DNA from: Phoronis australis
Lineage: Eukaryota > Animalia > Phoronida
Assembly: GCA_002633005.1 (NCBI GenBank)
Contig: NMRA01000013.1
Coordinates: 1,784,403-1,848,402 of the forward strand
Length of the DNA: 64,000 bases
Direction: 5' to 3'
Shown here: positions 12,801 to 26,814 of the stretch, one piece after another
Layout of the letters: the number at the start of each line of letters is the position of its first letter
Numbering within the stretch: the first letter of the stretch is position 1
Notes under the pieces: model-generated
Told to the model about the DNA's origin: nothing
Databases searched by the model: none
The model's input: only the letters and a program-made list of their open reading frames with translations
Translations under genes and position numbers: made by a program

Positions 12801-14811
12801 CACTTAGTAGATTAGAACATACACGTCTAATTGACTGAAAATACAAATATCAGTTGCTTACTCTTATGTTTATTTGTCGTTTTAGGCCAAAATGTCCGCC
12901 GGAAGAGGATTACAATCATTACAATGCTTCGTTTTATGCAGTAAGTTTTAACCTTAATCGTGTTTTACCATTAAATTTAAGGGATTGTAAATGATCTGTG
13001 AGCACACCTCTCAGTATATTCTAACTTTGATCCCAAATACAAGGTCCGGACCAACACAAAACCCGATACACGAATTCCATACATGCGCCCTGAACTTCAC
13101 AAGCGCCGGAAATACTCCAATCCCAATGGTCAAATTCCATGCCCAAGTGGCCCGCATTGAGCTCCAATCCCGCCAAACCAATGATGTGAGAGTGGAGTTT
13201 GACCCCCGGGTCGGTAATGAAGTTTGATCACCGCGTATGGGGTATTTTTGGTGTGTCTGGAGTTCGGGAGCACATTACCGCGAGATTGGTGCTTGCTGGT
13301 TCGGGCCAGGACTGTGATTTAGGTGATAAATGGAGTTCAGAGCCATGGGATCCAACTGTGCGTATTGAGAGCCCTCCATCCTTCACAACAACCAAATGTG
13401 ATTTGGGTCGTTTACCCGACTGGAATGGGTCACAAATTGCCCCTTGGACACGATTCCAGAACTTCAAAGTCCCGAATTGACAGTTCCTTACAAGTTGGCT
13501 TGCCCGGAATGCCATTAGTCATGCCCTGAGCCTGGTCTCAAGGAATGTCTCAATGGGTAAAGAATTGTCATGTGATTTTTTGCAAACCTTGAAATCGTTT
13601 CTCATCCTGACTAATCAATACCAACTGTATATCAGATAGTGGTCTAAGTCATAAGTTCACTTATTAGACGGAACGCGGGTCTATAGCTGTTTTAATTGAA
13701 CTAAAATGGTTCGATTTTCAGGCGGTCACCATTAGGCCTACTTTGGTTTCTTCTGCTCATGCGAATGTAGGAGAAACTGATGTTTTGCACTACAGAAATC
13801 TACGTAGGCCTTCCGCGTATTATCGGTTGGTTATTTCCTCATGTCGGGCATTGGCTGGGGGCGTTTTTAGTGTGGGGTGGCTGGTATAGATATGGCCACC
13901 GACTCCAGAGAAAGTGGTCGCTTCAGCCTTCCCAGCCTCCGCCTCGACCGCGAATGATGTAGATGAGGAAAATAACAATTCTTAAAATTGAAAGGTGTTT
14001 CATCTATTCTTTTCAGTCAAATGGGAAAGCTAGAAGAGGAAATTATACTATCAATCCGGAATGGCTGTCAGAAGATGTCAACCCAGCCGACTTTACGCGG
14101 AGTAAATGGAAACCGTGGCCATACGAGTACCCTGGAGCTAGAGACAGTTACCAGCACCCAAACGCCCAGGGCTGGACAGTTGCCGAGGTAAAACTCGGCC
14201 ATCGGGCGGACCCACATCTTGCACAGCCGGGCTACTCGCCTTACACATATGTTCCCATAATGCACCGAGACGAGCTAAAAAATCGATGGGCGTGGAATGA
14301 AAAGCAAGCTTTGCTTGATCCCAGAGCTCCGCAGCAGCCGCCAACGTACGAAGAGGTTCTTCGACAGAAACGGTTGCACGAGAGCTTCGGCTTGGGAGGG
14401 ATTGCAGTGCCAACTAACGCCACCTACGGTGCCTTTAGTCGCCGACCACAGACCGCCGGCAATCCACCACGAAGTCCACAGATCCTTGGAAGCCTTAACG
14501 CTAAAGTAAATCCGATGCCCATGCGCGACGTGGTGAAAGCCGGATTGGATCAACCTAAATCTGCATCGTTTAGTCTTCTGCCAGAAAACTTCTCATCTGT
14601 TGAGAAGAATCCCCGGGAAAATCCGAACGTGCGAAGTGCCGCTGAGCCTTTACCTACAGTGAAGCTGCCGTTTCCCGTCGATGGTGGGTGCACGCCCCAT
14701 CTAACGACCCACTACCCAAATACATTTATTGCAGATTTTGAGAATTGCAAAGTTCGGCACATGGGCAACAAATACATCAGCGGTTATATGACAAGATGCG
14801 ATTGGGGTTAA
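9861..14811 (+). CDS. Uncharacterised ~313-aa Pro/Tyr/Gly-rich protein, 3 coding exons
   Basis: Exons 9861-9952 (TG|gtaag), 12886-12940 (tttag|...|gtaagt) and 14017-14811 (tttcag|) join in frame: MAVTMESALGTLVYPRPSYPSYSRFSQPGLW-PKCPPEEDYNHYNASFYA-SNGKARRGNYTINPEWLSE...GYMTRCDWG*. The last exon is 795 nt open, and ATTAAA follows at ~14844. No domain recognised. Confidence 0.75.
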
Positions 14812-15406
14812 CGCTGTACCTAAACGCCCAGCTGAACAATGAAAATTAAAACAGACTCAAGATGATATTTTGTTCACACTTTGTGCTTTTTTCGTCGTAG
14901 CGCACTGCAGACTTCCCTATCGTTTATTTTATATTGTATTTTCATGTGAAGATCTTATTTACTTTAGAAGTTTTACCAAGTAATAGATGTCATGCAATTT
15001 AAGAAGAATGTTGTTCAGTGTTGAGAAGGTGTTCTAAAACTTCGGTGCTACATAACGTACGCATGATTAAGCACGAAATTGTACTAATTCACGATATTTG
15101 CTCATGCACTTTAATAATTGCTCAATTTTTGTTTCAATTTGTTGTGTGTTTTTAATGATGTATTGTATAACAAAATATAATTCACAAATTTGTCAGCTGT
15201 GTTTTAGTTTTAATTGTTGCTCCACGAGCATGCTCGTTGGAATGTTCAGTAAAAGCCAACGCCATAAACCCACCCTTCGATGACTTACCGGAGTGGGGAA
15301 ACAGGTGTCGGGACAATTATTGTGTTCACGTTCCAGGTACTTATATCTGACAGTCATGCTTAGTAAAATCAAGCTACACGGTACTCTATGTTCCAATGGC
15401 AGTGGT

Positions 15407-15556
15407 CAGTGGCGGATTTAAGGCGGTGGGGGCCATGATCCTCCTAAAATTCTCCTAGATTTCATATGGCAGTAAGGGTGTGGGAATGTCTGAAGGGCAA
15501 AATCCTGGCTAATACTCTGCCCTGCCCCCCAACTCAAAATCCTGGATCTGCCCCTG
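15407..15556. mobile_element. Short CAG...CTG MITE (hAT-like)
   Basis: Termini cagtggcggattta / tggatctgcccctg are inverted repeats. Flanks gcagtggt / gttgtggc may be a decayed 8-bp TSD. Confidence 0.5.
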
Positions 15557-18184
15557 GTTGTGGCATCGACTTGGGAATTCATTGAAGCTTGCACTGTTTA
15601 GAAGATTACATGACTATCCCTGTAATTTTATGAGACGATTTTTAGTCATAAATGCCCTGAATGATCTTAGCAGCGGAAGTAACATGATGAAAAAAAATGC
15701 CAATTTTTTGGAACCAGTCGACTGCACATTGATTCAGCTAGTTGAAGTACCAGCGAAAACAGACATAGGCTATCGTGCAAGAGGTGGCTCTGTACATAAT
15801 TTGTGCAAATGTATTAAATAACGCACCTCTTCTTATCCAGTTGTTGCGTATCAGCTATAAAGAACTATTTTTGGGATCATTTGAGCTCGTCTAACGGATA
15901 GTAAATTACGCTGTTGGCCGCAACAGAAAACAATCTACCTCCATTCCAATTGAGACTGATATTTTGTTTACTTGATTTTCGGCAATCCGTATAACTTTCA
16001 GGGTACACTGAAACGCCAGAATAGAATGCAAGCATCGTAGTCCTTTTACTAAATAATTTTAAAATCATGACACAAATTCATTTCGACAAATTTCGGTGAC
16101 TGGTATGTAGGACACTAGGGTATACCCGATAATGGCCGCCACGCATACCACACCTGCAATTTGCAAAAGTACATTTTTCGTGTCAGCCCCCGAGTTTCTG
16201 GTAGCAAGTAATTCGAAGCGCTTGAGTCTGTTTCTCTGCAATGTCGTGTCATATATTACGTTTTTACAGAGTCTTAAAAAGGGCGGACGCCAGACCACTC
16301 GTAAATTTTGGCGAAGGACAGTCCTCTCGGACAGTCTGCGTTCAACAATAATAGACTCCCGTGTAAAAACGTCGTAAAGTTAGATTTACTGATGACCTAG
16401 TTTATCTTCCTAAGCTACTAGAATCAAACTAGGAATTCACTCTCTTAAAGATATCTCCAAATATTCCTTACCGTGATAAGACGCTATTTCCTTTATAATT
16501 ACCACCACAGGGCCGTAGGAAGCGGAGTGGGCCGTGCCCCCCCCAAAAAAAAAATTGCCGGGGCGTCAGGGTTAAACCATGTCAACCGACACAGGCTTGG
16601 GGACGGGGACACTCGAGAACAGAAAGACCACGAACACGGATAAGAGAGAAAATTCAAGAGAACATTTGACAACTCAGTATCAGTGCATGAATTACTCTTT
16701 GAGGGCCCTTGCCAGGACATTGTTGTTATAGTGTCTCCGTTTTTGCTGCATACATGTAGGTTGTCTAAACGCACTTGAAAACGTGCACTTAATCATTCAT
16801 ACATGAATTTCGAAAAATCGAGAAAATTCGTAAAGCGAAGCTTTTGAGGAGTAAATTAAATCACTGGGTTTTTTTAAATTCAATAGGACAGTTTTGCAAA
16901 TGCATAAATGCAAAATTATATTTTCCGGAGGTCCTTCTTTAGCAAAGGATAAAAAAGACAACTATCACTCTATTTTTTCGTGTTTTTCTTTCTCTAAATT
17001 GTGTGTCACTTGTGGAAATTGATGGCCTGGCAGATAACATCTTCAGTTGCTGCGCATTTCCTGACTTTTGAAAACAGATCTTTTCATATTTAGGGGCCCA
17101 GCTCTTGAAGAGGACAGTTGATGACATTCAAGTGGCCACCCTTTTCGTGTTTTGATTGGAAAATTCTTAAGGGGCCGCTCAAGCTAAGAGAGGACCCAAT
17201 GTTGGAATAGATTATCTCTATCTTCCTGTTTTTTGTGAAATCGTACAACCGGCTTTCATGCTGAGGAAAGTCGCTTCCTGCAAGGTCACCCGACAATGGA
17301 ATGAACTATCACTCTTTTCTACCACTTTTAATACACGGCCTGGTTACGACTTACCAGCAAAAGGCCAGTCTTTTGAGTCTGTTAGAATTTCAGATACCGG
17401 CCATTGGAGACCCAGAGTTCCCGACCGTTAAGTCCAATCCGTACTTGAAAGTAGACTCCAAAGTTGACCATTTGCGTGGCGCCACACTTCAAATAAACAC
17501 AAATCTTTACTCCAGTGCACCCTGCCTCCTTTAATCTAATTCTGAGTTCAAGATGCCAGTCTGAATTCGAAAACTAACAGCTGGGTAACCCACGGGTTCA
17601 CTTGTAGTATGTTGTCCAGATACAAAGTCAACGACCCCCTTATTTCAGTGCCCCAATAACTTTGGGCGTCTGATACAGAATTTTAAAGCAAGACAATCTC
17701 GGTGCATTCACTAAGTCAATTCAAGTTTCAACTATCGAAAACAAAAATTGGAAATCCCCGATTTTTTAGAAAACTCGGATTTTCAATTGTCACCTGAATA
17801 GTGAAACTGAGAATTTTAGCAAAAATTATATTTTCAATTTACGTTTTGCACATGAAAATTAATGGACGAAATACACTCGATTGCCGGTGCACTGAAAGTC
17901 CACAAGAGATATCGGCCTGCACTACAAAGCCCCCTCACCACTGAAGAATTTCTCTCAATTTGTTATTCACAATGCCAATAATAAATACTGTAGTGTTTTG
18001 GCTAATGATGTCTGTTTGTTATTTCCACGAAAGACGACGCTCTGGTCGGCTGGCGACTGTGCATAAAAAATAATACACGCTAGTGTGGTGTTGGCCGTAG
18101 TACATGGAGGGCGCTGCACAGAACTCTTGTGTTTCTTCTGTATTGGAGGTAATTTTGTGTAAATTCGCGGTAAACTAACAATTA

Positions 18185-21100
18185 ATGGCGGACGCCAAGT
18201 CTTCTGGCAATCATTCTCTTGTTTGGGACGAAAGTGACAGTCGTGTGAGTTGCAAATATGGGATTGACTGCTACAGAAAAGAAGAATATCATTTTAAGAA
18301 ATTCAAACACCCCAAAAAGATTTCCGAAAAGGTTTATGCGGTTTGAACTCTTGTTCAATTTCAGTGAAACCACGGGTGCTCGGTGGCACTGGTCGGATTT
18401 AGCGCGCGATGATTTTGAGAACCAGACTGAATAACGGACCCGTTATTCAGTGTTTGCCTGGTTCTCTTACTCAGGTACTGATATATCCGACCAGTGCCCA
18501 CTCGGTGTCGACTGAGTGAGTCAGTGATAGCTAGTCATTTAGATGTAGGAAGACTGTCGTCAAAATACAGCTAGGTATACCTCTATCACTCAGTCTATGA
18601 CTGTTGTCTGCTGAGCTCTGTTAGACCCCGAAATCTCAAACAGCCCAGTTACTTCTGCTCGTCACCTCGTCGCGAAACTTACATTAACACATAGAGCTAA
18701 GGGCCGGCGTGAAAAACAATCTAAATATCCTAATCAATGTCATTTTCTTGCATAATTCTCCGCCTTTTGTAACAAAGAAAAGTCTGTCATTGTTTCAAAA
18801 ATGACATGCACATGACATGCGCCCGTGCCATTTCCTAATAAAGTTTTGCGACATCTCTCGGGAGATGGTGACCGCTTCGCAGCAGCAACATTTGCTCTGA
18901 AATTTGGTTTGGTGGTCTTAAAATACTAAAAACTTATAGTGAAATGAAACCAGTTCCAATAATTTGTTGTGGCATGTACTCAACGTCGTGGAAGAAGAAC
19001 AATTGGTTGAATAATTGGTGAAAAAAGAAACTGACCAATAGGTGACGCTATATTTCATGTCGCTGAAGGCTGATCAAAAGATCGCTCCACAAATTAAGCA
19101 GCAATACAACGGTAGAACATCTATTATTCTAGCACCGGTAAATAATTTGGTTTACTAAAGTAAGAGTGTTTTTAATGACACTAATTTTTTCAGGTTTTAT
19201 TTGGTCACTTTTTACCCACATCGACGCAAAGCTGTATATTTAGCTAAATCAGTGAATTATTGAATGATGCCCAGCTCATACCATAGCCTAGGGAATACTC
19301 TGCTCAGAGCTGAAGGACCTCAGAAAATTTGTGAAATGGACACAAATGCGAAGAGTAATAGAGTACTAGTAACACAGGCACCTTTACCAGCCGCTCGACG
19401 TTTTACTGTAATAAAGAGAAAGGTGAAAAACTGCTATCCAATATGGTTGCCCACCAGGCACTTCTGGAACAACTCAAATCCCGCCTATCTGGGAATTTCA
19501 TACTCACACACCTTATCTACGACTGCCACACGTTCACTAGTTACATTTGTTGTTGACATCACCATTAAATACTATCAGTACCTCCAGAGCACTGGCATTC
19601 TTGACAGCTGCTTGATACGATACTATGATAAAGTGAAAGCTTTCCCTTTATTGTAATATATTGTGAAGCAGCTGATTAAAGCTGCCTGTGTCCAGAGGTT
19701 CTTGATACGATCCCGAACATTCACCATCATTACGTCTTCACCGACTCATCTGCCCGGAAGTACATCAATGCCCATGCTCGTTAGGCTGCGCAAACGTCGC
19801 AAGAACGCTTACATCAAGTAAAAACGGCTACAATAGTACCAGGAGGGGCTAGTGATGGTAATCTGCGATCTTGGAGAGCTCACTATACAACAACCAGATT
19901 ACTTCCACGTGTGTCTCTGCTGTGTTCAGAAGAAAGTTCGAAACCCCCCCCCCTCCCAAGCAAAGTTGACCCATTTTCCGTTTATCCAATCGGCGTGCTC
20001 TAAGTGTACTCTGATACTAACATTTCTGTTTCTATTAGTTGATGTAAGCATTTGTGTGACAGTTAAGCAGTCTAAGGAGCATGGGCATTGATGTACTTCT
20101 GGGCACATGAATTGCCGAGGACGTACTGATGGTGAATGTTTGCTATCAGTATTAAGAAAATTTGGAAGTACTGATAGTATTTATTGGTGTTCATGTCGAC
20201 AAATGTAGTTAGTGAACGTGTGGCAGTCGCTTATGAAGTGTTTGAGTATGTGCCTGGTGGGCGACCATATTGGAGAGCATTTATTCACCTTCCTCTTTGT
20301 AATAATATCATATCAAGCGACTGTCAAGAGTGCCTGTGCTAGTGATAACCAAATCAAATCACCGCAGAGTATTTAGGGAACCTTAAACGCTCTTAGTCTT
20401 AGTATCATATATTTAGCCTCTCTTTACCTTTCTAACGACGGTGAAACAAATCATCTATCTCTCATATGTTGACCTAATGACATCATGTTGTAATTCATAG
20501 TGGTCTGAATTGCCAGCCAATGAGCCAAGTGAATGCTTTAGGTAGCGAGTTCATTGCAAGGTGAAAAATACAAATAGGGGAGTGACAAGCCAATAGTAAA
20601 ACGCGGAATGTTCGAGGGAATAATTTCTTTTGAAAGTCTTGATTTCTGAGAAGTTATATTTGCCATATTATTTCTACGAATTAATGTCTTCAAATGATCA
20701 AAATTTGGACGAGTGCAGGTTTTTTTTATTCCAGTTCAACATAAGCAAGGACAAAGGTCTGATGAGTGCAGGTTAATGTACAGTTGATGTGCTGAATTTG
20801 AGTGCTGAATTAAGTACATTCTGGGCTCTGGCTATTCAGAATTCATAGGGGATAATATACCGTAAACCTTTTGTTAAGCTGTGTTTACTTACACAAGCCA
20901 ACTGGGACAGTTGTGTACTAAGGGCAAGTTCACAAAGAACTGCTTTCACTGACCTTGCATGTCAATTTCAAATGATCTGTTGTGTGTTAATGACACTTGT
21001 GATTTTTGTCCATCTGCTGAATGCTAAGCCACTATGTGGACTATAAATATACAGCTTTACAGCGATGTGGATAAAAACTGGCCAAATAAAATCTGACATA

Positions 21101-24100
21101 AAATTAATGTTGGACCATTAAAAACTACACTCTTCCTGGAGTAAACTAAATCATTCATTTCTTGAGAACATGTTCATCACACAAAATGATCAACTGGGTC
21201 AACCCAAGTTATTGATCCTGGTCTCGATCTGATCGAACTATTTTTTTTCTGTTCAGAAGTCACTTCTTGTCTGCGTAAGGAACAAGTTGAAAACGGATCA
21301 TGATGAGTGGTGAAATCAAAAGTTAGTTGAGTAGTTCGAATGCATTGGAATGCTACTGTATTTATTTAACTTTTGTCAGACTCACTATGGTACTTATTTA
21401 GATTTCTCAAGCATCACTACATTTTTATAATTTTATTTTAGGATATGGAAATCCCTTCAAAGAGACTACGAATTGAAGAACCAGAGGACTCTGGCTATGT
21501 AAGACCAGAAGAAGGTAAATACCATTGTACAAAATTGGTTTTTCTTTTTATACTTGATCAAATTTTTAACGTGAAAAAAGCCATTGTGCCTATATAATAA
21601 TGAAATGATATAATATGACCTCTTTAATTGCAGATTTGAAAACGAATGTGGGGAAAAAGTGTATTGAAAGCAAATCCAACACAGGAAGTTCCTCAGGGGA
21701 TCCTAAACACGTTATAAAGGAAAAGTTCCTTGTTGATATGCCGGAAGATTTCTACGATTTCTGGGAATTCTGTAAAGAGCTTGAGCCCACAAATCCCTCA
21801 GGTGATTATCTCAATGTAACTTAGATGGCATTGAAACAAGGATTTTGAAAATTCAGCTTCTAAAAGGGTAAGCAACAACTAAATCTGATGTAAAAACGTC
21901 GCACAAACATGAATGCAATGGTAGTGTACAGAGTTGTGTGAGAAGATACAGTGGTCGTTTTTAATTTGGGAATTAGCTCATTCAATCTTTTTTCTATGTT
22001 GCAAGATTATCTTGCGTTGTTTTTTGCATTCATTTACAGTACAAGTCAAAAGTAATCGGACAATATGGCCTGCAATTCCCTGTTATGATGGCTGGGCGGA
22101 TATCAAATTCATTGTCATATTAGTCTCCCCTGGTTATTGAGAATGAAGATGCATTAACAGGAAAGTTAGTTAAAGGTGACTAAGCCATTCTGTATTTAGA
22201 ATTTTGCCTCTGTAGTAGTTCTTACCTGTCAGTATTTTGTCTGATTACTTTTGTCTTGGTCTGTATGTAGGTAGTTATCGATATCAGCCATGTGCTCTTA
22301 TGGTATAGTTAAAATGGCAGAGAATGTTTGTATTCTAATTCCCGTTCTGTTTTATTTGGCTTTTGTTTTGTTGTTTTGGAAAAGTTAAGTGGAAACTTAT
22401 CTGTTGGATAACTTTGACGTGAAATGTGTTGTCTTTCAGTCGTCACATGCCGTGTGATGGCTTGATGCTGTTGTCCTGTGCACTGCTATTATCCAACTGG
22501 CCTTATTGCCAACTTTTGTATCCATGCTAACAGACATACAAAATAATTTATCAAATTGTTTCGTTAATAAAAATTTTGTGTCTCAGTTGCTCTTCTCAAG
22601 AGTATCGACATTAAATTGGTTGGTCCGTTTGATGTTCTCGCTGGCCGGTGCAAAGAGCGGAACAGTAAAGGTGAATCCCCTTGTTACCTGAGGCACTGGA
22701 GGTATTACTATGACCCACCTGAGTTTTTGACTGTGTTACGAGGGGACGACAAGACACAGTTTCATGTTGGATACTTCAGGTGAGTGGTAATACCAGGGAG
22801 ACAAAAGCAATTGCAGCTGATGGCATGGCATAACTGCTCTCAACTAGGAAACAAATAGACCACTGACAGGTTTCCTAACAAACGACAATATCGCCATATT
22901 GGTGCATAACCTCACATAAGGTGGATAGCACTGTACATGGAAAACCAGCATGTAGCCTTACAATCCTTAGATGGATTGCTGATGAACAATAACAAGTCAG
23001 TGTCACCACAGAGTCTTACATGCTTAGCTGTCTGTCTTGAGTGCTAGCTCACCTCAAGGCGAGAACCATTTGATTGTTGTATTTTAATGTCTTCACGTGT
23101 TCAGTTGGTCATAAGATAGAACAAACAATAATCATGCTAAATTTGTGTTTGGCGATTGGATTCCTGGCTCAGGTATCCTAATGGTTCTTCAAACCTCAGT
23201 TTGGTAAATTGTAATTGTCATGTGAGTGGTCCTCCCATTATCAGCTATCACTGGGAAATTTGTACAACCCTTGAAAGATTGCCCTGATGTTTGGTTGAAG
23301 TGTTCCTGTGGAGCAGTGCATTTCTTGTTATCCTTTTTGTACCAGATAAGCTACCACTGTACTCTCTAATGGATTTTTTGTTTTTTTCACCTGTCATTTG
23401 TCTGCTACATTCATGTTATAGAGAGTAAGGCTCCAACCCATGTGTAGAAAATAATGACTAGTGCTGCGCTTCTAGTGACACCTATATTTTTGTGTTTGTT
23501 AATGAATGTACCTTTATTAGTCAAACCCCTAGAAGGATGGGCAAAAATTCAGCAGACGCATTCCTGTCATGTCTTGATATCGGTTTTCAGTTGAAATGGA
23601 CTACTGTGTCTTCTGGTGTTGTTTTTTATGTGGGTTCCAACTTCTACAATCCTTCTTTATTTAACATGTGTGTGTTCCCAATAATTTAGTAATGAGTGGC
23701 ATCCACCCATTTTCACAGCTACTCCACTATTGGGATTTTTTTTATCAAGGCTGTCTGTCTACTAAAACCTGTAAAGATCCTCATGGAACTTAATGTGTGT
23801 ATATTTGACTGTATTGAGCAGACGACAGCACCTGACAAATACGTTTGGTGGCAGTCTTACATTCAGCATCCACTTCTGAATCATTAAATGTACCAGTGCA
23901 CCAGTGCTCTCCAGTTTTTGTTCAACTTGTGCTCCTCCTGTTTGTTATGGTTTCATCTGTGGCTCCCTCTAGTGGCAGTGTTTGAAATAGTGAGCCCCAT
24001 ACTTGTAGTTTCAATGATGTGATGCATTGACACTTGGCATGATTGCTGTTGTATTAATTTTATCGTTTTTTTTTCAGAGATGACCCAAAAGAGCTACCAG

Positions 24101-26814
24101 CATTTGTGGCTTCTAATAGTGCAGCGAGTAATGGTACCATTATACCGAAAGGAGAGAACCTGTTTGCTGCTGTCAAGTGAGTAAGAATGAATCAATTTAT
24201 CGTCAAGAGTAACCATTGAGTTAATGACTTGGATCTACTGACGTGAATCTATATGTAATTAAAGTTTAAAAAGGAGTGTGTTTCATCACATCTTAGGATT
24301 ACGTACAAAACAGTGCTGATAAGTCCTGGTGTTGAGAGATTAACAGCTGCTCTAGTAATGCTTATGGCAATCATGAATCAGTCTGTGCACAAGAAAACCC
24401 ACATCTTGTGAAGATCAGAAGCAACACCTCTTTCCAGCTCTTGGAAATATAATCTTAATCTACAAAACAATGTAGACAGTAAGGTGAAGCTGATTTAAAT
24501 TATGAATAATGAATAAGCCATATCTTGATATATTTCTTGACGTCGTCTTCAAGAAGGGGTGTTGTTGAAAGACTGCCTATGGCTTTGTTGTTTATCTTAG
24601 ATTGTAGTGAATTTTTTTGCTTGTCCACGAAGTTTACTTGAAGATGGCTATTAAAAAAAATTCAAAAGGTCTTTTATTCGTTATACAATCTTGCATCACT
24701 TCAATTGTCTTATAATGTTTTTGTCTGTGTGCCTTGACTAATCCCGTTCTATGACTTCTGTATTTTGCTTATTAGTGGCTAATCACAGGTCATTTTCACT
24801 GAGTCCTAGACACTCTGAACTAAAAGATCCGTCCTTTTCAAATTTGTTGAGTCCAATGCTCTTGCCTTTTGTAATTTCCTTCAACTGCTAATTTAAAAAA
24901 CACTAAATTTAAGATGTATTGTAATTGACCAGCAAAAACAAAAGAAGAAGAAACCAAACTATTTATTTGAAAAACGCACAATGTCTAAACTGGAAATGTC
25001 GCCCACAATCTGTATGCTAGGTGTCACTTCTGATGTGTGAAAGTTTCCATTACATATAATATTGGAAGTTGCCACTTTCACTGGATTGGGTTTGTGTTGA
25101 GAAGTAGCCTGCATCTTGTGGGTGCTGTGGTAAGTGAATATTTGTGCACGTTTCGATTTACTTGCCTGTTTAGTAAAAAGGACAACAGTGACATCAACAT
25201 TGAATGTTATTTTGTGAGCACTGCAGATCTGCCTCTATCATATAGTGTCTGTAGATAATTTAGTTGTTTGCAGAATTCTGACTGATGAAGCTGTCAAGAA
25301 AGAAAAGAATGCAGCGAAGAAGAAAACACTTTCAGCGTTGTCAAGTAGACTGGAAAAATACGCCACTGACAAAGGATATTCATTGGAAGCCAAAACAAAG
25401 AACATGAAATCTAGAGACAAAAAGGTACTAATTAAATAAAATTTCACTACTGTGTCGTTTTCTGATTGACATTTTTAATACCTCACATCAATATGATTGC
25501 AGTTTGCCCTGTTTTAATGTGTGTTTGCGTTGCGAACCTTCTTGAACTTTCCTTTATATTTCATAACCACGAATTTGATTTTCTTCAAAATGGTAAAATA
25601 ATGATATCTGTTGGTTTTTAGCATTTGCCAGATACTTGGAACGTGACATTGCTGTGATTGGCTAGGTAGAACTACTCTCCTTATGTGTCTCTATGTAACA
25701 TACAAAGTGAAAACATCATTGGTGCTGGTGTTGTGTTAAACACATGTCTAAGATGTAAGTTTTCTCTTATTTTAGGTTGTTTGCAAGTCCTTCCATGGAG
25801 CAGGTATTGTTGTACCTGTAGACGACAATGAGGTTGGTTACAGGGAATTACCGGCAACTACTGGTAAGGTGCTAACGCTTTACGTTAGAAAATGTGTAGA
25901 GATGGCAATATGTAAACCTTGAATTGTTTTGATTGCTTAATGACTGGAGAATACTTTTGACATATTGACTATTTTATCTGTCATCGATAGCTGTTGAATT
26001 TTCTGTAAACCAGTTGCATCGTTTGAAGGGGTGCTGAATCCTAACCTGTTTCACTGTATTTGGTTGCGTGCCTTCGTGACTGACTGAATCGTCTGTAGCT
26101 GTATTTTTTGTTAGATCATAGAAATTCCTTTGTTCTGTCGTTTGATGTATAATACCTCAGGCGAGGCACTCTGCCTGTCTCTCATTAATAGTGTCCTTTT
26201 CTCTTATATGTATTTTTCACGAGTTGTAGTTTGTAGTACTTTTCACATGTATGCGACAACTCCATACAAAACTTGATAAATAATCATAACTAATGCTTTA
26301 ACCATTATGTTCCATGGCCAGTGGCTACAGCTTCACGGTCAATGACAACCTTTCTCGGCTAGACTTGAAATTGTTTAAGCTTGGCCTGTCGAGTCTATAG
26401 CACAATTTTGTGTTCACGGGCCCAGGGATAAGATCAGCTACTGTATCGATGACAAAGTTGCACAACTGAGCTTTGTAACCTTGCTCCTATTACTTTAATG
26501 TTTTTCCAGGTGACCTGAAGAAGATGTTCCAGAAAATAGCCAGCAGCAAATCTGAAGATGAACGGAATAAGCACTTGGAGCCTGTTGAGAACATTATATG
26601 TCTTGTGCAGTTTGCCAATGACGAGTGCGATTATGGCCAGGGACTAGAGTTAGGAATGGACATGTTCACCTATGGAGGCGAAGTTTTTCACTCAATGATC
26701 TGCTCCCTTCTCGGTATGGCGTACCATCTGCTAGGACGACCCGAGTTTGGGGAAATTTTATCTGCTCACCTAGCCAATAGGAAGCATTCTACAGATCTGG
26801 ACGAGTTATCCTGA
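18185..26814 (+). CDS. HPF1: Histone PARylation factor 1 (C4orf27) with N-terminal PBZ zinc finger, ~407 aa, 8 exons
   Basis: Exons 18185-18331, 21442-21514, 21634-21801, 22587-22779, 24078-24176, 25274-25424, 25776-25863 and 26510-26814 total 1224 nt in frame. Motifs: [82 protein letters not shown]. Exon 1 encodes [20 protein letters not shown] (PBZ). Confidence 0.95.
23961..23978 (-). promoter_or_regulatory. CTCF-consensus-like site in HPF1 intron
   Basis: The minus strand reads CTGCCACTAGAGGGAGCC, close to the CTCF core CCASYAGRKGGCRS. Motif match only. Confidence 0.35.

Noticed and set aside
19264-19656. 130-aa ORF in HPF1 intron 1
   Set aside because: No recognisable motif or convincing splice context; HPF1 exons 1 and 2 join in frame without it.
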